DNA of 57,109 nucleotides, from positions 281,062 to 338,170 of the forward strand of contig JAIOOW010000002.1 in the NCBI GenBank assembly GCA_021414205.1, read 5' to 3'. The position numbers were made by a program, and so were the translations under genes. The DNA is from Candidatus Anderseniibacteriota bacterium. GTDB lineage: Bacteria > Patescibacteriota > Andersenbacteria > UBA10190. The notes beneath the pieces were generated by a model. It did no database searches and was not told where the DNA came from. It saw nothing but the letters and a program-made list of their open reading frames with translations. Shown one piece after another: positions 1 through 9,896 of the stretch. Positions within the stretch are counted from its first letter, which is position 1. Each line of letters starts with the position of its first letter.

Positions 1-435
1 TTCGACGCTCTACCAGACAAAACATTCACCGGGACAGTTTCTAATGTGAATGCAATCGGAACAACTACGCAAGGAGTAACTACGTACTCTATCGAAATCA
101 CGCTCGACTCCATAACCCCAGACTTAAAACCAGGCATGACAGCAAATGCATCTATCGTTACGAACAAAAAAGAAAATGTCATACTAATACCAAGTACTGC
201 GATACAAACAGTCAACGGTCAAAGTGTTGTGCAAGTTATGAAAAACAACACCGCACAATCAGTTAACGTTACGGTAGGCGATAGCAACGATAGCGAAACA
301 GAAATCGTATCCGGCATTACATCGGGCGACATGGTCGTAACAAATCCTACAACAACTGCAACCACATCTTCCAGTAGCGGGGGCGGGTTTAATTTGTTTG
401 GCGGAAATGCACGAGGGGCACGAATTGGCGGATAA
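1..435 (+). CDS. Efflux periplasmic adaptor (MacA/HlyD-like), C-terminal part; 5' truncated by the window
   Basis: Frame open from base 1 (FDALPDKTFTGTV...). Motifs LKPGMTANASI, LIPSTAI and VTVGDSNDSETEIVSG are typical of membrane fusion proteins; directly upstream of an ABC ATPase and permease. Confidence 0.85.
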   Translation, partial: FDALPDKTFTGTVSNVNAIGTTTQGVTTYSIEITLDSITPDLKPGMTANASIVTNKKENVILIPSTAIQTVNGQSVVQVMKNNTAQSVNVTVGDSNDSETEIVSGITSGDMVVTNPTTTATTSSSSGGGFNLFGGNARGARIGG

Positions 436-1130
436 TGATTACGCTTACCGACATTACGAAGAGCTACAAGATGGGGCCGAATACGTTTCAAGCGTTAAAG
501 GGCATCACGCTCACTATAGAAGAAGGAGAATTTGTAGCTATTATGGGTCCGTCCGGATCAGGCAAGTCTACACTCATGCATATTATCGGCGCGCTAGATA
601 TTCCAACAACCGGGAAATATGTTCTCGATGGGGAGCCTGTAGAAAAATTAACTGACGATGAATTAGCAGATATTAGAAATCGCAAAATCGGATTCGTATT
701 TCAATCGTTCAATCTATTGCCACGCATGAGCATATTAAAAAATGTTGCACTCCCACTTGCATATGCAGATGATCCTGATCGAATAGAAAAAGCGAAAAAA
801 GTACTTGAGCAGGTAGGCTTAGGTTCAAAGCTTCAAAACAAATCGAATGAGATTTCCGGAGGCCAGGTGCAACGAGTTGCAGTTGCGCGAGCCCTGGTTA
901 CAAATCCGAGACTGCTGCTTGCAGACGAACCGACGGGAAATTTGGATACAAAAACAGGAGATGAAATTATGCATTTTTTTGCGGAGCTAAATAACAAAGG
1001 GAATACAATCATCATGGTTACCCATGAGCCAGAAATCGCAGCTCATGCCAAGCGTGTTATCACGCTTCGCGACGGATTAATTCATAGCGACGTTCGCCAA
1101 AAACCTCATCACGAACCCTATGGACAATAA
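435..1130 (+). CDS. ABC transporter ATP-binding protein (MacB/LolD family)
   Basis: Walker A GPSGSGKS, signature [15 protein letters not shown], Walker [14 protein letters not shown]-loop MVTHE. Confidence 0.95.
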   Translation: MITLTDITKSYKMGPNTFQALKGITLTIEEGEFVAIMGPSGSGKSTLMHIIGALDIPTTGKYVLDGEPVEKLTDDELADIRNRKIGFVFQSFNLLPRMSILKNVALPLAYADDPDRIEKAKKVLEQVGLGSKLQNKSNEISGGQVQRVAVARALVTNPRLLLADEPTGNLDTKTGDEIMHFFAELNNKGNTIIMVTHEPEIAAHAKRVITLRDGLIHSDVRQKPHHEPYGQ

Positions 1131-2343
1131 AGAGACCCTCATGACTGCATTCGAAGCTCTGCTCGGAAATAAACTCCGCACAGGGCTTGCAATTCTTGGT
1201 ATCGTCATCGGTATCGGCGCCGTTGTTGCGCTTATTACACTCGGCCAAGGGGCAACACAATCCGTACAAAATAGCATCAGCACACTGGGCGCCAATCTCC
1301 TCACCGTGTCACCGGGCGCTGCGTCACAGGGAGGGGGCATTCGAGGATCCGCAGGGTCAGGCACAAGCCTTACGCTTGCAGATGCGCAAGCGATCACGTC
1401 ATCACCGACCGTAACGACCGTAAAAGCAGTAAGCGCAGAAGCATCGCGTAATTATCAAGTCACATATAAAAAAGAAAACACTAACTCAAGCGTCACTGGG
1501 GCGTTTGCCACTTACCTTTCCGTACACGATGACACCCTCGCCCAAGGAACATTTTTTACCGAAAAAGACATGAATAGTCTTGCGAAAAAAGCTGTTCTGG
1601 GAGCAACTGTCGCAACAGACCTCTTTGGTACCGCAAACCCTATCGGACAAACAGTTCAAATTAATCATATTCCTTTTAAAGTTGTGGGCGTACTTACGTC
1701 AAAAGGTGGTACCGGATTTTTCAGCCAAGACGACATAATCCTCGCCCCTCTTTTAACAGTACAAAAATTACTACTAGGCTCTTCAAATATACAAAGTATT
1801 TCCGTGCAAGCTACGAGCTCGGATGTTATGACGACGGCGTCCGAACAAATCACCACGCTCCTGCTTAATCGCCACCACATTAAAGACCCTGCAAAAGCAG
1901 ATTTCAACATTCGATCACAAGCAGACATCTTAAGTACTGCAACATCTGCCACAAGCACACTTACCGGCTTATTAGCTGGCATCGCAGCTATATCCCTATT
2001 AGTTGGAGGTATTGGGATTATGAATATCATGTTGGTTACCATCACTGAAAGAACTCGTGAAATTGGAATCCGTAAAGCAATCGGCGCAAAGAAAAAAGAT
2101 ATCCTTACCCAGTTTTTATTTGAATCTATCGTACTTACTCTTACGGGCGGCATACTAGGAATTTTGTTTGGATTCGCACTTTCGTTTCTTGGAAGCAAAC
2201 TCTTGAGTATTCCATTCACCATTACATTCTTTGCCCCATTTATCGCATTTACCGTATCTTCCGCGATCGGCATCATCTTCGGATACTATCCTGCGCGTAA
2301 AGCTGCAACTATGCAGCCGATTCAAGCATTGCGCTATGAATAA
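1120..2343 (+). CDS. ABC transporter permease (MacB/FtsX family)
   Basis: [46 protein letters not shown] and C-terminal PIQALRYE. Confidence 0.95.
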   Translation: MDNKETLMTAFEALLGNKLRTGLAILGIVIGIGAVVALITLGQGATQSVQNSISTLGANLLTVSPGAASQGGGIRGSAGSGTSLTLADAQAITSSPTVTTVKAVSAEASRNYQVTYKKENTNSSVTGAFATYLSVHDDTLAQGTFFTEKDMNSLAKKAVLGATVATDLFGTANPIGQTVQINHIPFKVVGVLTSKGGTGFFSQDDIILAPLLTVQKLLLGSSNIQSISVQATSSDVMTTASEQITTLLLNRHHIKDPAKADFNIRSQADILSTATSATSTLTGLLAGIAAISLLVGGIGIMNIMLVTITERTREIGIRKAIGAKKKDILTQFLFESIVLTLTGGILGILFGFALSFLGSKLLSIPFTITFFAPFIAFTVSSAIGIIFGYYPARKAATMQPIQALRYE

Positions 2344-2373
2344 TACATTTCACCGAGAGGAGGTGTACAAACT

Positions 2374-2811
2374 ATGAACACAAAAGCCACTATTATAATT
2401 GCCGTAGTTTTAGCACTTATCGTTGGATTCGGAGGTGGATATTATGTCCGCGGAGCCATGCGCCCACAAGGAGTATCGCGTAATGCAATATTTACTCCAG
2501 GCCAAGGCGGGGCAACAGGAACCCGATTTGGAGGGGCAAACGCTCAAGGGCGACCAGTAGAAGGAACTATTGATTCCATCACATCCGACCATATGACAGT
2601 GAAATCTCCAGATGGGTCTACCCACGCCGTACTCATCGACAATACTACGCAGTACAAGAAAACAACTGATGCAACCCAAGCAGATTTTACGCAAGGAACA
2701 TCTGTTATGGTGATCGGAAAACAAAATCCCGATGGCAGCATCACTGCAAGCAGCATTCAAACAGCTCCGCAGCGTCCCGCATCCCAATCCCCAGCACCAG
2801 CAGCACAGTAA
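2374..2811 (+). CDS. Membrane-anchored protein with DUF5666-like OB-fold domain
   Basis: N-terminal TM helix; pattern VEGTIDSI...GTSVMVIGKQNPDGSITASSIQ; SD AGGAGG upstream; last gene of the ABC operon. Confidence 0.65.
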   Translation: MNTKATIIIAVVLALIVGFGGGYYVRGAMRPQGVSRNAIFTPGQGGATGTRFGGANAQGRPVEGTIDSITSDHMTVKSPDGSTHAVLIDNTTQYKKTTDATQADFTQGTSVMVIGKQNPDGSITASSIQTAPQRPASQSPAPAAQ

Positions 2812-2823
2812 ACAAACACACGC

Positions 2824-2855
2824 ATAATAAATCCTCCACACGGAGGATTTATTAT
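2824..2855. terminator. Bidirectional intrinsic terminator
   Basis: Perfect 14-bp inverted repeat ATAATAAATCCTCC-acac-GGAGGATTTATTAT between convergent genes. Confidence 0.8.
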
Positions 2856-2899
2856 TTATTCATGAACGAAATGCCAGCACATTGCACCTTAGATGTAAT

Positions 2900-3391
2900 T
2901 TACCTATTATAGATAGTCCATTGCCAAATCCTCCAAATAATAGGAAAAATATGAAGATACTTTTTGTACATTTTCCCAGTACCATCAATGGCCCACAAAT
3001 AATAAACATTCTTCAACATATCGATATCCTGCCTAACAATAAAGTTAGTACTAGGATTTTCTTCTGTTAAAACAATATTCCGATCATTTGTAAAACTTGC
3101 AGCAAAAATAACATGCTTCCCATCTTTATTGCCCAAAACCCGATATCCACCTTTCTCAATTCTCAAAGATCTTCTGCCACGATTCGTTACTGTAACAGAA
3201 AGATACTTTTGATTCGGATCGTAAGATGGATGATTAATTACATTCATGTTTTCTTGATAGCTAATCGTAACCTTCGGACGATCTCGGAATATATTATATG
3301 CATTCGTTGCAAATGCTATAGAGGCAATAATGGCTCCATACCAAGCCACAGCGTCAGCGGTAATAGTTACTGAAAAGGGACTTCCTAGCAT
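2900..3391 (-). CDS. Hypothetical membrane protein
   Basis: 163-aa ORF with an N-terminal TM helix, tightly packed with its neighbours on the same strand. Confidence 0.65.
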   Translation of the reverse strand: MLGSPFSVTITADAVAWYGAIIASIAFATNAYNIFRDRPKVTISYQENMNVINHPSYDPNQKYLSVTVTNRGRRSLRIEKGGYRVLGNKDGKHVIFAASFTNDRNIVLTEENPSTNFIVRQDIDMLKNVYYLWAIDGTGKMYKKYLHIFPIIWRIWQWTIYNR

Positions 3392-3396
3392 ATCAA

Positions 3397-3873
3397 TTAT
3401 TTCACATCTTCATACAACTCATCTAATCCATAAAAATAGTCGCTATCGTCTATTCTAATTTTTCGAAGGTAATCTTGAATTTCCGGATTTTCGTGAGCAA
3501 GAATTATGCCATACGAGAATTCGCCATATAATAAATCTGGAGATATAAGATCACGATCGTATATTTCACTTAATCGATTATAAACTGCAAGGAATATATC
3601 GAAATCATCCTCAGTAAAACTTCCTCCATTTTTTTTCAGGAGCGGATTCTTTCTCTCAATCGCAACAGCAATTTGAAAGTTAGTACCCGTTCTAAGTTCT
3701 TGATCGATGTTTTGAATATACTTAAAGCCTATATCCGCTTGATTATTATGAAAGTCCTCAACTTGAAGATGAATAATAAAAAAGCTAATTATAACCGCGA
3801 TGGTTTGTAGTATAAGTAAAAAATCTCTTAAGATTCCTCTTTCCTTCCAAGCAACTTTTAGAAAGTTTCTCAC
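3397..3873 (-). CDS. Hypothetical membrane protein (DUF4760-like helical)
   Basis: N-terminal TM helix followed by a helical domain ending in ...YLRKIR...YFYGLDELY. Confidence 0.55.
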   Translation of the reverse strand: MRNFLKVAWKERGILRDFLLILQTIAVIISFFIIHLQVEDFHNNQADIGFKYIQNIDQELRTGTNFQIAVAIERKNPLLKKNGGSFTEDDFDIFLAVYNRLSEIYDRDLISPDLLYGEFSYGIILAHENPEIQDYLRKIRIDDSDYFYGLDELYEDVK

Positions 3874-3879
3874 AAGATT

Positions 3880-4305
3880 TTATAGCCACTCTGCCACACC
3901 CCCATGATGAGAGCAGGTCCCGTTTCGATGCGCACTAAAACTATAAGACCCATCGCGACATTGCGCGGAAGCACCAACGGGCACAGTTTCACTGTAAGCT
4001 GGCGAATGAACTTCGTTACCAGAACTATTTACATAATAATTACTGTTGCTTAATGGCGCATGAGTAGTTGGTTTCGGCGTTACTGGAACAGGAGTTACCG
4101 TCGCACGTACAATAGCAGTAGGCGAAGCAGTCGGACTAATACTTACTTCGGGACTAGCAATCTGATGCGCAAATGATTGAGTAGCCTGTATCGTTGGCAC
4201 GGCAACGGTTTGGACATTTTTAGTATTTGCGCTTTGATGCGACAAAATACCAATACCCAAAACTATGCCGGTAATCCCAAGTAAAATCTTACGAATACTC
4301 TTCAT
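3880..4305 (-). CDS. DUF3761-domain secreted protein
   Basis: Signal/TM, Pro/Thr-rich linker, C-terminal GASAQCRDGSYSFSAHRNGTCSHHGGVAEW. Confidence 0.85.
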   Translation of the reverse strand: MKSIRKILLGITGIVLGIGILSHQSANTKNVQTVAVPTIQATQSFAHQIASPEVSISPTASPTAIVRATVTPVPVTPKPTTHAPLSNSNYYVNSSGNEVHSPAYSETVPVGASAQCRDGSYSFSAHRNGTCSHHGGVAEWL

Positions 4306-4546
4306 AAGAAAAGTATGGCACCAACGCTTTAATAGTACAAAACCAGAACGTCAAAATATTGTGGCAAAATCTCCATAAAAATTATAAACGATTCCTCATC
4401 ACCAACCTCGCTATTATAACGCAGTCCAAATAGAACAAGTCCTAATCTCGGGAATTTTGCAATTCCAAATGTCCTTTTACCATTTTCAGAAACTATTCGA
4501 CCAACTACCCCCAATATTCCTCACTAGTTACAAATACATAAAATTA

Positions 4547-4723
4547 TTAAGTATAAAATACTGCGGAAGTATAAGTGCTAGCCATAGAATATATAAAAAA
4601 TCTATCTTCTTTCTGATAAATTCCGGGCTTAGAAAGATGCTTCAAGGATTCTTCGACGACAATTTCATTATTCTTTTGAAACACAGAATCGATAAAAATC
4701 TCTGGAATTGCATCTATGGCCAT
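4547..4723 (-). CDS. Small ORF (58 aa, MAIDAIPEIF...), possibly a fragment of a degraded gene continuing in 4329..4514
   Basis: Read manually. The ATG overlaps the end of 4714..5007; it is followed in another frame by a 61-codon ORF. Confidence 0.3.
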   Translation of the reverse strand: MAIDAIPEIFIDSVFQKNNEIVVEESLKHLSKPGIYQKEDRFFIYSMASTYTSAVFYT

Positions 4724-5007
4724 AAGATTTCTATATCAAAACCTCTCTTATTTAATCGCGCCACATGCTCCTTAATTGCATCTATTATATCCTTTTCCTG
4801 CCTTTGAATTACAACCGTGAACCCATTCTTAGTATCGAGAATATTAACAAGTGCACCGACTGCATCGCATGCGACTAATTCTGGTTCATACGGAATAGGA
4901 CAAACAACATCAAGCCGATACCTCCCTTTATCGATAATGGTGACTGAAGAATCATACAAACCTATTTTTATTGGAATAGTTGCTTCCATCTTATTTCTTC
5001 GTACCAT
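4714..5007 (-). CDS. Hypothetical protein
   Basis: 97-aa ORF overlapping the stop region of the upstream gene; globular composition. Confidence 0.55.
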   Translation of the reverse strand: MVRRNKMEATIPIKIGLYDSSVTIIDKGRYRLDVVCPIPYEPELVACDAVGALVNILDTKNGFTVVIQRQEKDIIDAIKEHVARLNKRGFDIEILWP

Positions 5008-5614
5008 ATTGCTTTACCATCGCACCAGCAACACGCGCTCGCGTTAAAAGAGTAGTATCTTTTTCTATTTTATTCTGCCAGAATTTGCGAATATCGTTCG
5101 TTATTGACTTTCCTGTTATGCAACGATATACGTCATCAATATGCATCTTGAGACTCACTTTTGACTCTACCGGGCTCGGTAACTGACATAGATGAATATC
5201 TTTACCGTTATAGATATGAAGAAGGCCCCCAGAAACCATAACTACCCCTTTACCGCGACCATCCGTTTTTACCGTCGGCCATAAATTGATCTTTTTAATC
5301 GGTTTCGGCTTCACGGTCGGGATTGGCGTAGGGGTAGCAAACAAACTTGCATAATCAAAGAGATAACTCGATGAGCTACTCGGACTAAGCTTTGTGCCTT
5401 CCTTTCCTGTATAGGGATTAACATTCCCATAGGTAGAGTAGTTATTAGAGAAAATACCATCAGGATTGCTACGATAATGTGGCGCTACATAAGTACCATT
5501 ACTTCGAAAATACCCCCTTACATGCACAGCCGCATTAGTTGGTAATGCTTGAGCAAATAAAAGAATCCCACTGAACAACAAGCTTATTAAGATCTTTTTA
5601 AAATTTATATACAT
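4991..5614 (-). CDS. Secreted hypothetical protein with VRGYxRxNGTYVxPHYRS motif
   Basis: Signal peptide followed by the widespread motif VHVRGYFRSNGTYVAPHYRS...GNVNPYTGKEGT. Confidence 0.75.
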   Translation of the reverse strand: MYINFKKILISLLFSGILLFAQALPTNAAVHVRGYFRSNGTYVAPHYRSNPDGIFSNNYSTYGNVNPYTGKEGTKLSPSSSSSYLFDYASLFATPTPIPTVKPKPIKKINLWPTVKTDGRGKGVVMVSGGLLHIYNGKDIHLCQLPSPVESKVSLKMHIDDVYRCITGKSITNDIRKFWQNKIEKDTTLLTRARVAGAMVKQYGTKK

Positions 5615-5654
5615 ATAATCAATCTAGCACACGGACAAGGAAGCGCCAGAATCG

Positions 5655-5683
5655 TTGACAACCCCACCCCACAGGCCTACGCT
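5655..5683 (+). promoter_or_regulatory. Sigma70-type promoter
   Basis: TTGACA-N17-TACGCT upstream of 5747. Confidence 0.6.
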
Positions 5684-5746
5684 TGCAGTGCGAGCTAGTA
5701 CAGACTATCTGAAACACGTTCCTGTCCTTTTCCAAAGGAGAACATA

Positions 5747-6427
5747 ATGTACAACGCTATTGGTATCGATGCCGACATTGGCTGCAATTGCGGAACGGGC
5801 ATGCCCATTATCGCAGAAAAGGACACTGGTAAATGGTGCTGGTGGCACGGAGAAAGAAAGACGCAAACATGGTTCCTGAAATCTCAGCTGAGCCATGAGG
5901 CCACGAAACACAACCTTCACTTCTTGCAAGAGCCTATCCCTTTCGAGCTGCAAGCATCAAAAAGAGCGCTATTTGCATCTACAGACTTCCTCGATTTTAA
6001 CCATGCCGTCCTCCCCGTATTTTTTAACGGATCGCGATGTAAGTGGGGGTGCCTCGCATCTCAACAACCTCCGATAATCGTGACATACGCTTCATGGAAA
6101 GCTGCAACCCGATGGCTTGATGACTTGGCACGCATGACCGTGCATACCATCGATCGTCGCCTCCAACATCCCTGGGGCGTCGCTCATGAAAACGACACGC
6201 TTCGGAACATGGCAGACATCGCCCTACGAATCGCAGAAGATACGAGCATTAAGCTGAACCTTCACGTTCGTATCTGCGCAGGCATGATGGAAAATACAGA
6301 AATCAATCAATATTTTTGCGACCATGTTGAAGGGGCATTCTGGAATATTGATTCCTGGGAATTCGAGAAGATGATGTATGCCTACATACAAAATATTCAG
6401 AACCAAGCACATTTCTTCCAACAATAG
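5747..6427 (+). CDS. Orphan hypothetical protein (226 aa)
   Basis: SD AAAGGAG; own promoter and terminator; no family recognised. Confidence 0.75.
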   Translation: MYNAIGIDADIGCNCGTGMPIIAEKDTGKWCWWHGERKTQTWFLKSQLSHEATKHNLHFLQEPIPFELQASKRALFASTDFLDFNHAVLPVFFNGSRCKWGCLASQQPPIIVTYASWKAATRWLDDLARMTVHTIDRRLQHPWGVAHENDTLRNMADIALRIAEDTSIKLNLHVRICAGMMENTEINQYFCDHVEGAFWNIDSWEFEKMMYAYIQNIQNQAHFFQQ

Positions 6428-6445
6428 CGGCTAAAAACCCCGCCA

Positions 6446-6472
6446 CCCCGCGCACATGCTCGGGGCTTTTTT
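6446..6472 (+). terminator. Intrinsic terminator, copy 1 of a 27-bp repeat
   Basis: CCCCGCGCACATGCTCGGGGCTTTTTT, a hairpin plus U-tract. Confidence 0.8.
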
Positions 6473-6473
6473 G

Positions 6474-6502
6474 TTGACAAAAAGCGATTAAAAGCCTAAC
6501 GT
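6474..6502 (+). promoter_or_regulatory. Sigma70-type promoter
   Basis: TTGACA-N17-TAACGT immediately after the terminator U-tract. Confidence 0.6.
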
Positions 6503-6547
6503 AGATATGCGTTTGATCGTTTCATCCCCCATTGAGGAGGCAGGAAG

Positions 6548-6910
6548 ATGCTGTACATCGTCCGGATTACCCAACCAATCAGCATGGAAATTCACGGGGC
6601 TCTTATGGTCGCCACGTACAGAATGTTGTCGAACATGGATCGGCGTCGAAGAATTTACTCTTCAACGTGCGAAGGCTGGGTTCAAACGAACCGCCGCGAA
6701 ATCGCCATCAGCAGCCTTCGAGGCGTTGCGTGCGAAGCAAAATTCGACTGCGACCTATACGAAGAACCGGTTACTGCAAAATTCATGATGCCATACGCCG
6801 GAATCGCCCAGCTCGAGCAAGCAAAATCTCTCGGACGGATCAGTTCGATCTTCGGCGTGCAGGAAGGAATCCCGAATCCGATCCGCGACTTGCTTCGCCG
6901 AGCTGCATAA
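6548..6910 (+). CDS. Orphan hypothetical protein (120 aa)
   Basis: SD-like GAGGAGG/AGGA upstream; flanked by a promoter and a terminator. Confidence 0.65.
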   Translation: MLYIVRITQPISMEIHGALMVATYRMLSNMDRRRRIYSSTCEGWVQTNRREIAISSLRGVACEAKFDCDLYEEPVTAKFMMPYAGIAQLEQAKSLGRISSIFGVQEGIPNPIRDLLRRAA

Positions 6911-6943
6911 ACACCTCACGATCCTCCGCCCCTTGTCCTTTAC

Positions 6944-6970
6944 CCCCGCGCACATGCTCGGGGCTTTTTT
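6944..6970 (+). terminator. Intrinsic terminator, copy 2 of the 27-bp repeat
   Basis: Identical to 6446..6472 and followed by ATTTCAAAAT. Confidence 0.8.
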
Positions 6971-6988
6971 ATTTCAAAATATTTTGGC

Positions 6989-7025
6989 AAAAAAAATCCT
7001 GCCTGGCATACCGCACAAGCAGGAA
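6989..7025 (-). terminator. Intrinsic terminator (minus strand)
   Basis: Minus strand reads TCCTGC...GCAGGA followed by a T-run, just downstream of 7056..7490. Confidence 0.6.
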
Positions 7026-7055
7026 AATAGATTTTCAGAAAAGTTGCAAGCTTGT

Positions 7056-7490
7056 TCAAAATACTTGCCCCTCCGCAATCATCTGATGCTCAGGAGGGTT
7101 CCCCACTCGATGCAGATTAATCACGCCATCCTGAGAACGAACCACTTTAAGTCCTTCGAGCAATACACTCAGCCGAAGCAACGTACCATCGTCTTGCAGA
7201 ATCACCACTCGCAAAAGCGGACTTGCTTCGAGACGCGAAACATCAAGTTCCACTGTCTCAATTCTTCCCGCAGGCAAAAATCGAAACATCACCGCAAGCC
7301 CTTGCACTTGCTCGACGTTCACAACCGAATCCGGCGCATCTTGAAGCAGTATTTTTGGAACATGGCGCTGCGATACCGCTTGCTGAATTCGAAGATGCCG
7401 CTTCCACTGATACTCAACACAGAACAAGAAAATAACGGTACTTATCACCAATACCTGCCTCGGCGAGATAGACCAAAAAATCCTTCTCAT
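7056..7490 (-). CDS. Orphan membrane-anchored hypothetical protein (144 aa)
   Basis: N-terminal hydrophobic segment; SD GGGGAG; upstream TTGCAA-N18-TACTGT and boxA-like CGCTCTTTACCA; downstream terminator. Confidence 0.65.
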   Translation of the reverse strand: MRRIFWSISPRQVLVISTVIFLFCVEYQWKRHLRIQQAVSQRHVPKILLQDAPDSVVNVEQVQGLAVMFRFLPAGRIETVELDVSRLEASPLLRVVILQDDGTLLRLSVLLEGLKVVRSQDGVINLHRVGNPPEHQMIAEGQVF

Positions 7491-7600
7491 GGCTCCCCCT
7501 CTCTTGAAAAACTCGCGACTTGGTAAAGAGCGTATAGGCTCCTATGAACAGTATTCTCCTTTTTTGCTTATTTGCAATGCATACCCCCAACTGAAGATTT

Positions 7601-8314
7601 TTAGATCGCCATGAGCACTTCTATCACAAGAAATTCTGTCTGTGTGAGCGCTGTTATAGATACCGCATCCACATCCCACACTCCATATCCGTCACGCGCA
7701 GCAAGCACCTGGTCACCCACTTGGATGCTACCGCTGATCACAAATATATACGCGCCATTTTCCGTTGCATGCAATGCATACGGTGTCGATTGCCCAACAT
7801 CAAAGTTCCCGAGATGCAACCACGCATTCTGATGAATCCATAATCCTTTGCCGTTTTGATCTGGTGAAATAATTTGCTGCAGCTTGTTGTGTCGATCTTC
7901 TACTTGCAATGCTTGTTGATCATATCTTGGTGCAACATTTTCTTGGTTCGGCAGAATCCAAATCTGCAATAGTTTCACTGGCGCATCTGCACTGTTATTA
8001 AACTCGCTATGCTCAACACCCATTCCTGCACTCATCACCTGCACCTCTCCTGCATGAATAACTTCTTTTGTTCCCATGCTGTCCGCATGCGCAAGCTCGC
8101 CCTCTAATGGAATCGTAATAATTTCCATATTGTCGTGAGGATGAGTTCCAAACCCTTTACCGCCCGCAATCGTATCGTCGTTTAATACGCGAAGCGCCCC
8201 AAACCCCATTCTTCGCTGGTCAAAATAGTTCGCAAAACTAAAAGAATGAAATGTAGAAAGCCATCCGTGCTCTGCATAACCCCTGGTATCTGCTTTGTGA
8301 AGTGTTGTTTGCAT
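7601..8314 (-). CDS. Pirin family protein (YhhW-like)
   Basis: HGWLSTFHSFSFA, GFGTHPHDNMEIIT, QVMSAGMGVEHSEFN, LLQIWILP. Confidence 0.95.
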   Translation of the reverse strand: MQTTLHKADTRGYAEHGWLSTFHSFSFANYFDQRRMGFGALRVLNDDTIAGGKGFGTHPHDNMEIITIPLEGELAHADSMGTKEVIHAGEVQVMSAGMGVEHSEFNNSADAPVKLLQIWILPNQENVAPRYDQQALQVEDRHNKLQQIISPDQNGKGLWIHQNAWLHLGNFDVGQSTPYALHATENGAYIFVISGSIQVGDQVLAARDGYGVWDVDAVSITALTQTEFLVIEVLMAI

Positions 8315-8323
8315 GTCGTACAA

Positions 8324-8743
8324 TTACATTCCTTTCGGTTGCAGGAGCGACACACGATTCCCTTCCGTATCTATAATAGATGCGAATAATCCAACACCGA
8401 GGATTTCATCCGGCTCGCCATTTTTCAAATGCCCGCCAATCACCTGTCCGCCTGCGGCCGCAACCTTCTTCATTGCATCCCGAATATCGTCTACAGACAC
8501 AACAATAGATGGGTGAAAAGATAACGGATCGTCGTTCTTTTTATAAAATCCTCCGTTAATAGCACCTGGATTTTTCGGCAACCCCATCGGGTCGTTCGGA
8601 TCTTTTTCTGCCGTTGTAACGGTTACATAGTCTCCCATTTCTTCACCAAGCTGATTCGTCTGCCAACCGAATGCTGTTTCATAAAACGTACGCATGCGCG
8701 CAATATCTTCTGCTGGCATTTCAAAATGGACTACTGGATTCAT
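8324..8743 (-). CDS. VOC/glyoxalase family protein
   Basis: MNPVVHFEMPA, FYETAFGW, PGAINGG, DTEGNRVSLLQ. Confidence 0.9.
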   Translation of the reverse strand: MNPVVHFEMPAEDIARMRTFYETAFGWQTNQLGEEMGDYVTVTTAEKDPNDPMGLPKNPGAINGGFYKKNDDPLSFHPSIVVSVDDIRDAMKKVAAAGGQVIGGHLKNGEPDEILGVGLFASIIDTEGNRVSLLQPKGM

Positions 8744-8957
8744 AGGTAAATAGTTTTAAAAAGTATAGCTCTAGTATTCAATTATTACAGCATTCTCGCA
8801 AGGATCATTCCTGAAAGGTGCATAAGTCTCGTAGTAATTCCTTGCCTCGGGGGTATCCTAGAAATAGCGATGCGTTCTTTAACAATCGCATACTAGCCAT
8901 ACATTTCCCTGGGCCATTCCGGCCCGCTTTCCCCCGTCCCTAGAAAGGACCTCCGCC

Positions 8958-9860
8958 ATGAATGCAGTGTTAGGTTCACCAAGCACAGCTGCCCCGAGCG
9001 TGGCACCTCGACGCTCACGAGTACGTCGATCACAAACAGCTATCGAGCAATTCGAGCAAAGACTTGATTATCGGTATCCGCTGTTTGGAACAATCGCACG
9101 CCGTCGACGCATCATTTCCGCACGACATATCGGCAACGTCGCCACCTGGATTACAAGCACGGTAAAAAGCAAAGTGACATCCGCCAACATGCGACACGTA
9201 ATCGACGTGTGTGCATCACAGCATCCAACGTGGTTCGACAACTTGCTATTCGTGCGAATGGAACAACGACTGCATGGTCTTGAGCCAGGAATCCGCCTGT
9301 TCGTGGAAACACGAAACTTTGACCAGATCCCCGACCCGATGATTCCACGAAATGAACGCAACAAATTCACCGCGGCAATCATGAACGAACCCAATCGGTC
9401 GTTTGCATATCTCGAGCCGCTGTGGATCACAGTCGATGGCAAACAAGTGGGTGCAACAGTCGAAGATTTCATCATGTTCTCCCGCGGCCAAATGATGCTG
9501 CTCAGAAACGCAATCGGAGCATCCAACCGGCAACTGCTGTTCAGCAAAGTTGACGCAGCAATTGAAATGGTTGCAACCCTTGCGGCGCTCAGCGTGATTG
9601 TCCCTACCAAATTTGCGTTCGACGCTGTCGTACGCATGGGCAGAACCGCATCTCACATGTACACGGAAGGGCTGGAACTCGGGCGAGATCTCTTGAGATC
9701 ATCCACCGAATATCTCCATCCACTCAACTTGCGCACCATCGATCCAGGAACATACACGATGCTGTTTGCATCCGATCCGTTCATCGTGTTCGGAACTCCT
9801 GAGATGAGCGAGCTGTTCGGCGACGAACTCCCGCTGGCACTTGTAGCTGATTGGGAATAG
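8958..9860 (+). CDS. Orphan hypothetical protein (300 aa)
   Basis: Long ORF, SD GAAAGGA, boxA-like CGTTCTTTAACA in the leader, terminator downstream. Confidence 0.8.
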   Translation: MNAVLGSPSTAAPSVAPRRSRVRRSQTAIEQFEQRLDYRYPLFGTIARRRRIISARHIGNVATWITSTVKSKVTSANMRHVIDVCASQHPTWFDNLLFVRMEQRLHGLEPGIRLFVETRNFDQIPDPMIPRNERNKFTAAIMNEPNRSFAYLEPLWITVDGKQVGATVEDFIMFSRGQMMLLRNAIGASNRQLLFSKVDAAIEMVATLAALSVIVPTKFAFDAVVRMGRTASHMYTEGLELGRDLLRSSTEYLHPLNLRTIDPGTYTMLFASDPFIVFGTPEMSELFGDELPLALVADWE

Positions 9861-9896
9861 CCCATTCAACGAATCAAAACAACACAATCCAACCTC

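Noticed and set aside
6933-7526. Plus-strand 197-aa ORF (and 7223..7435)
   Set aside because: It runs through terminators and is antisense to 7056..7490, which has a promoter, boxA-like motif, SD, TM segment and terminator.
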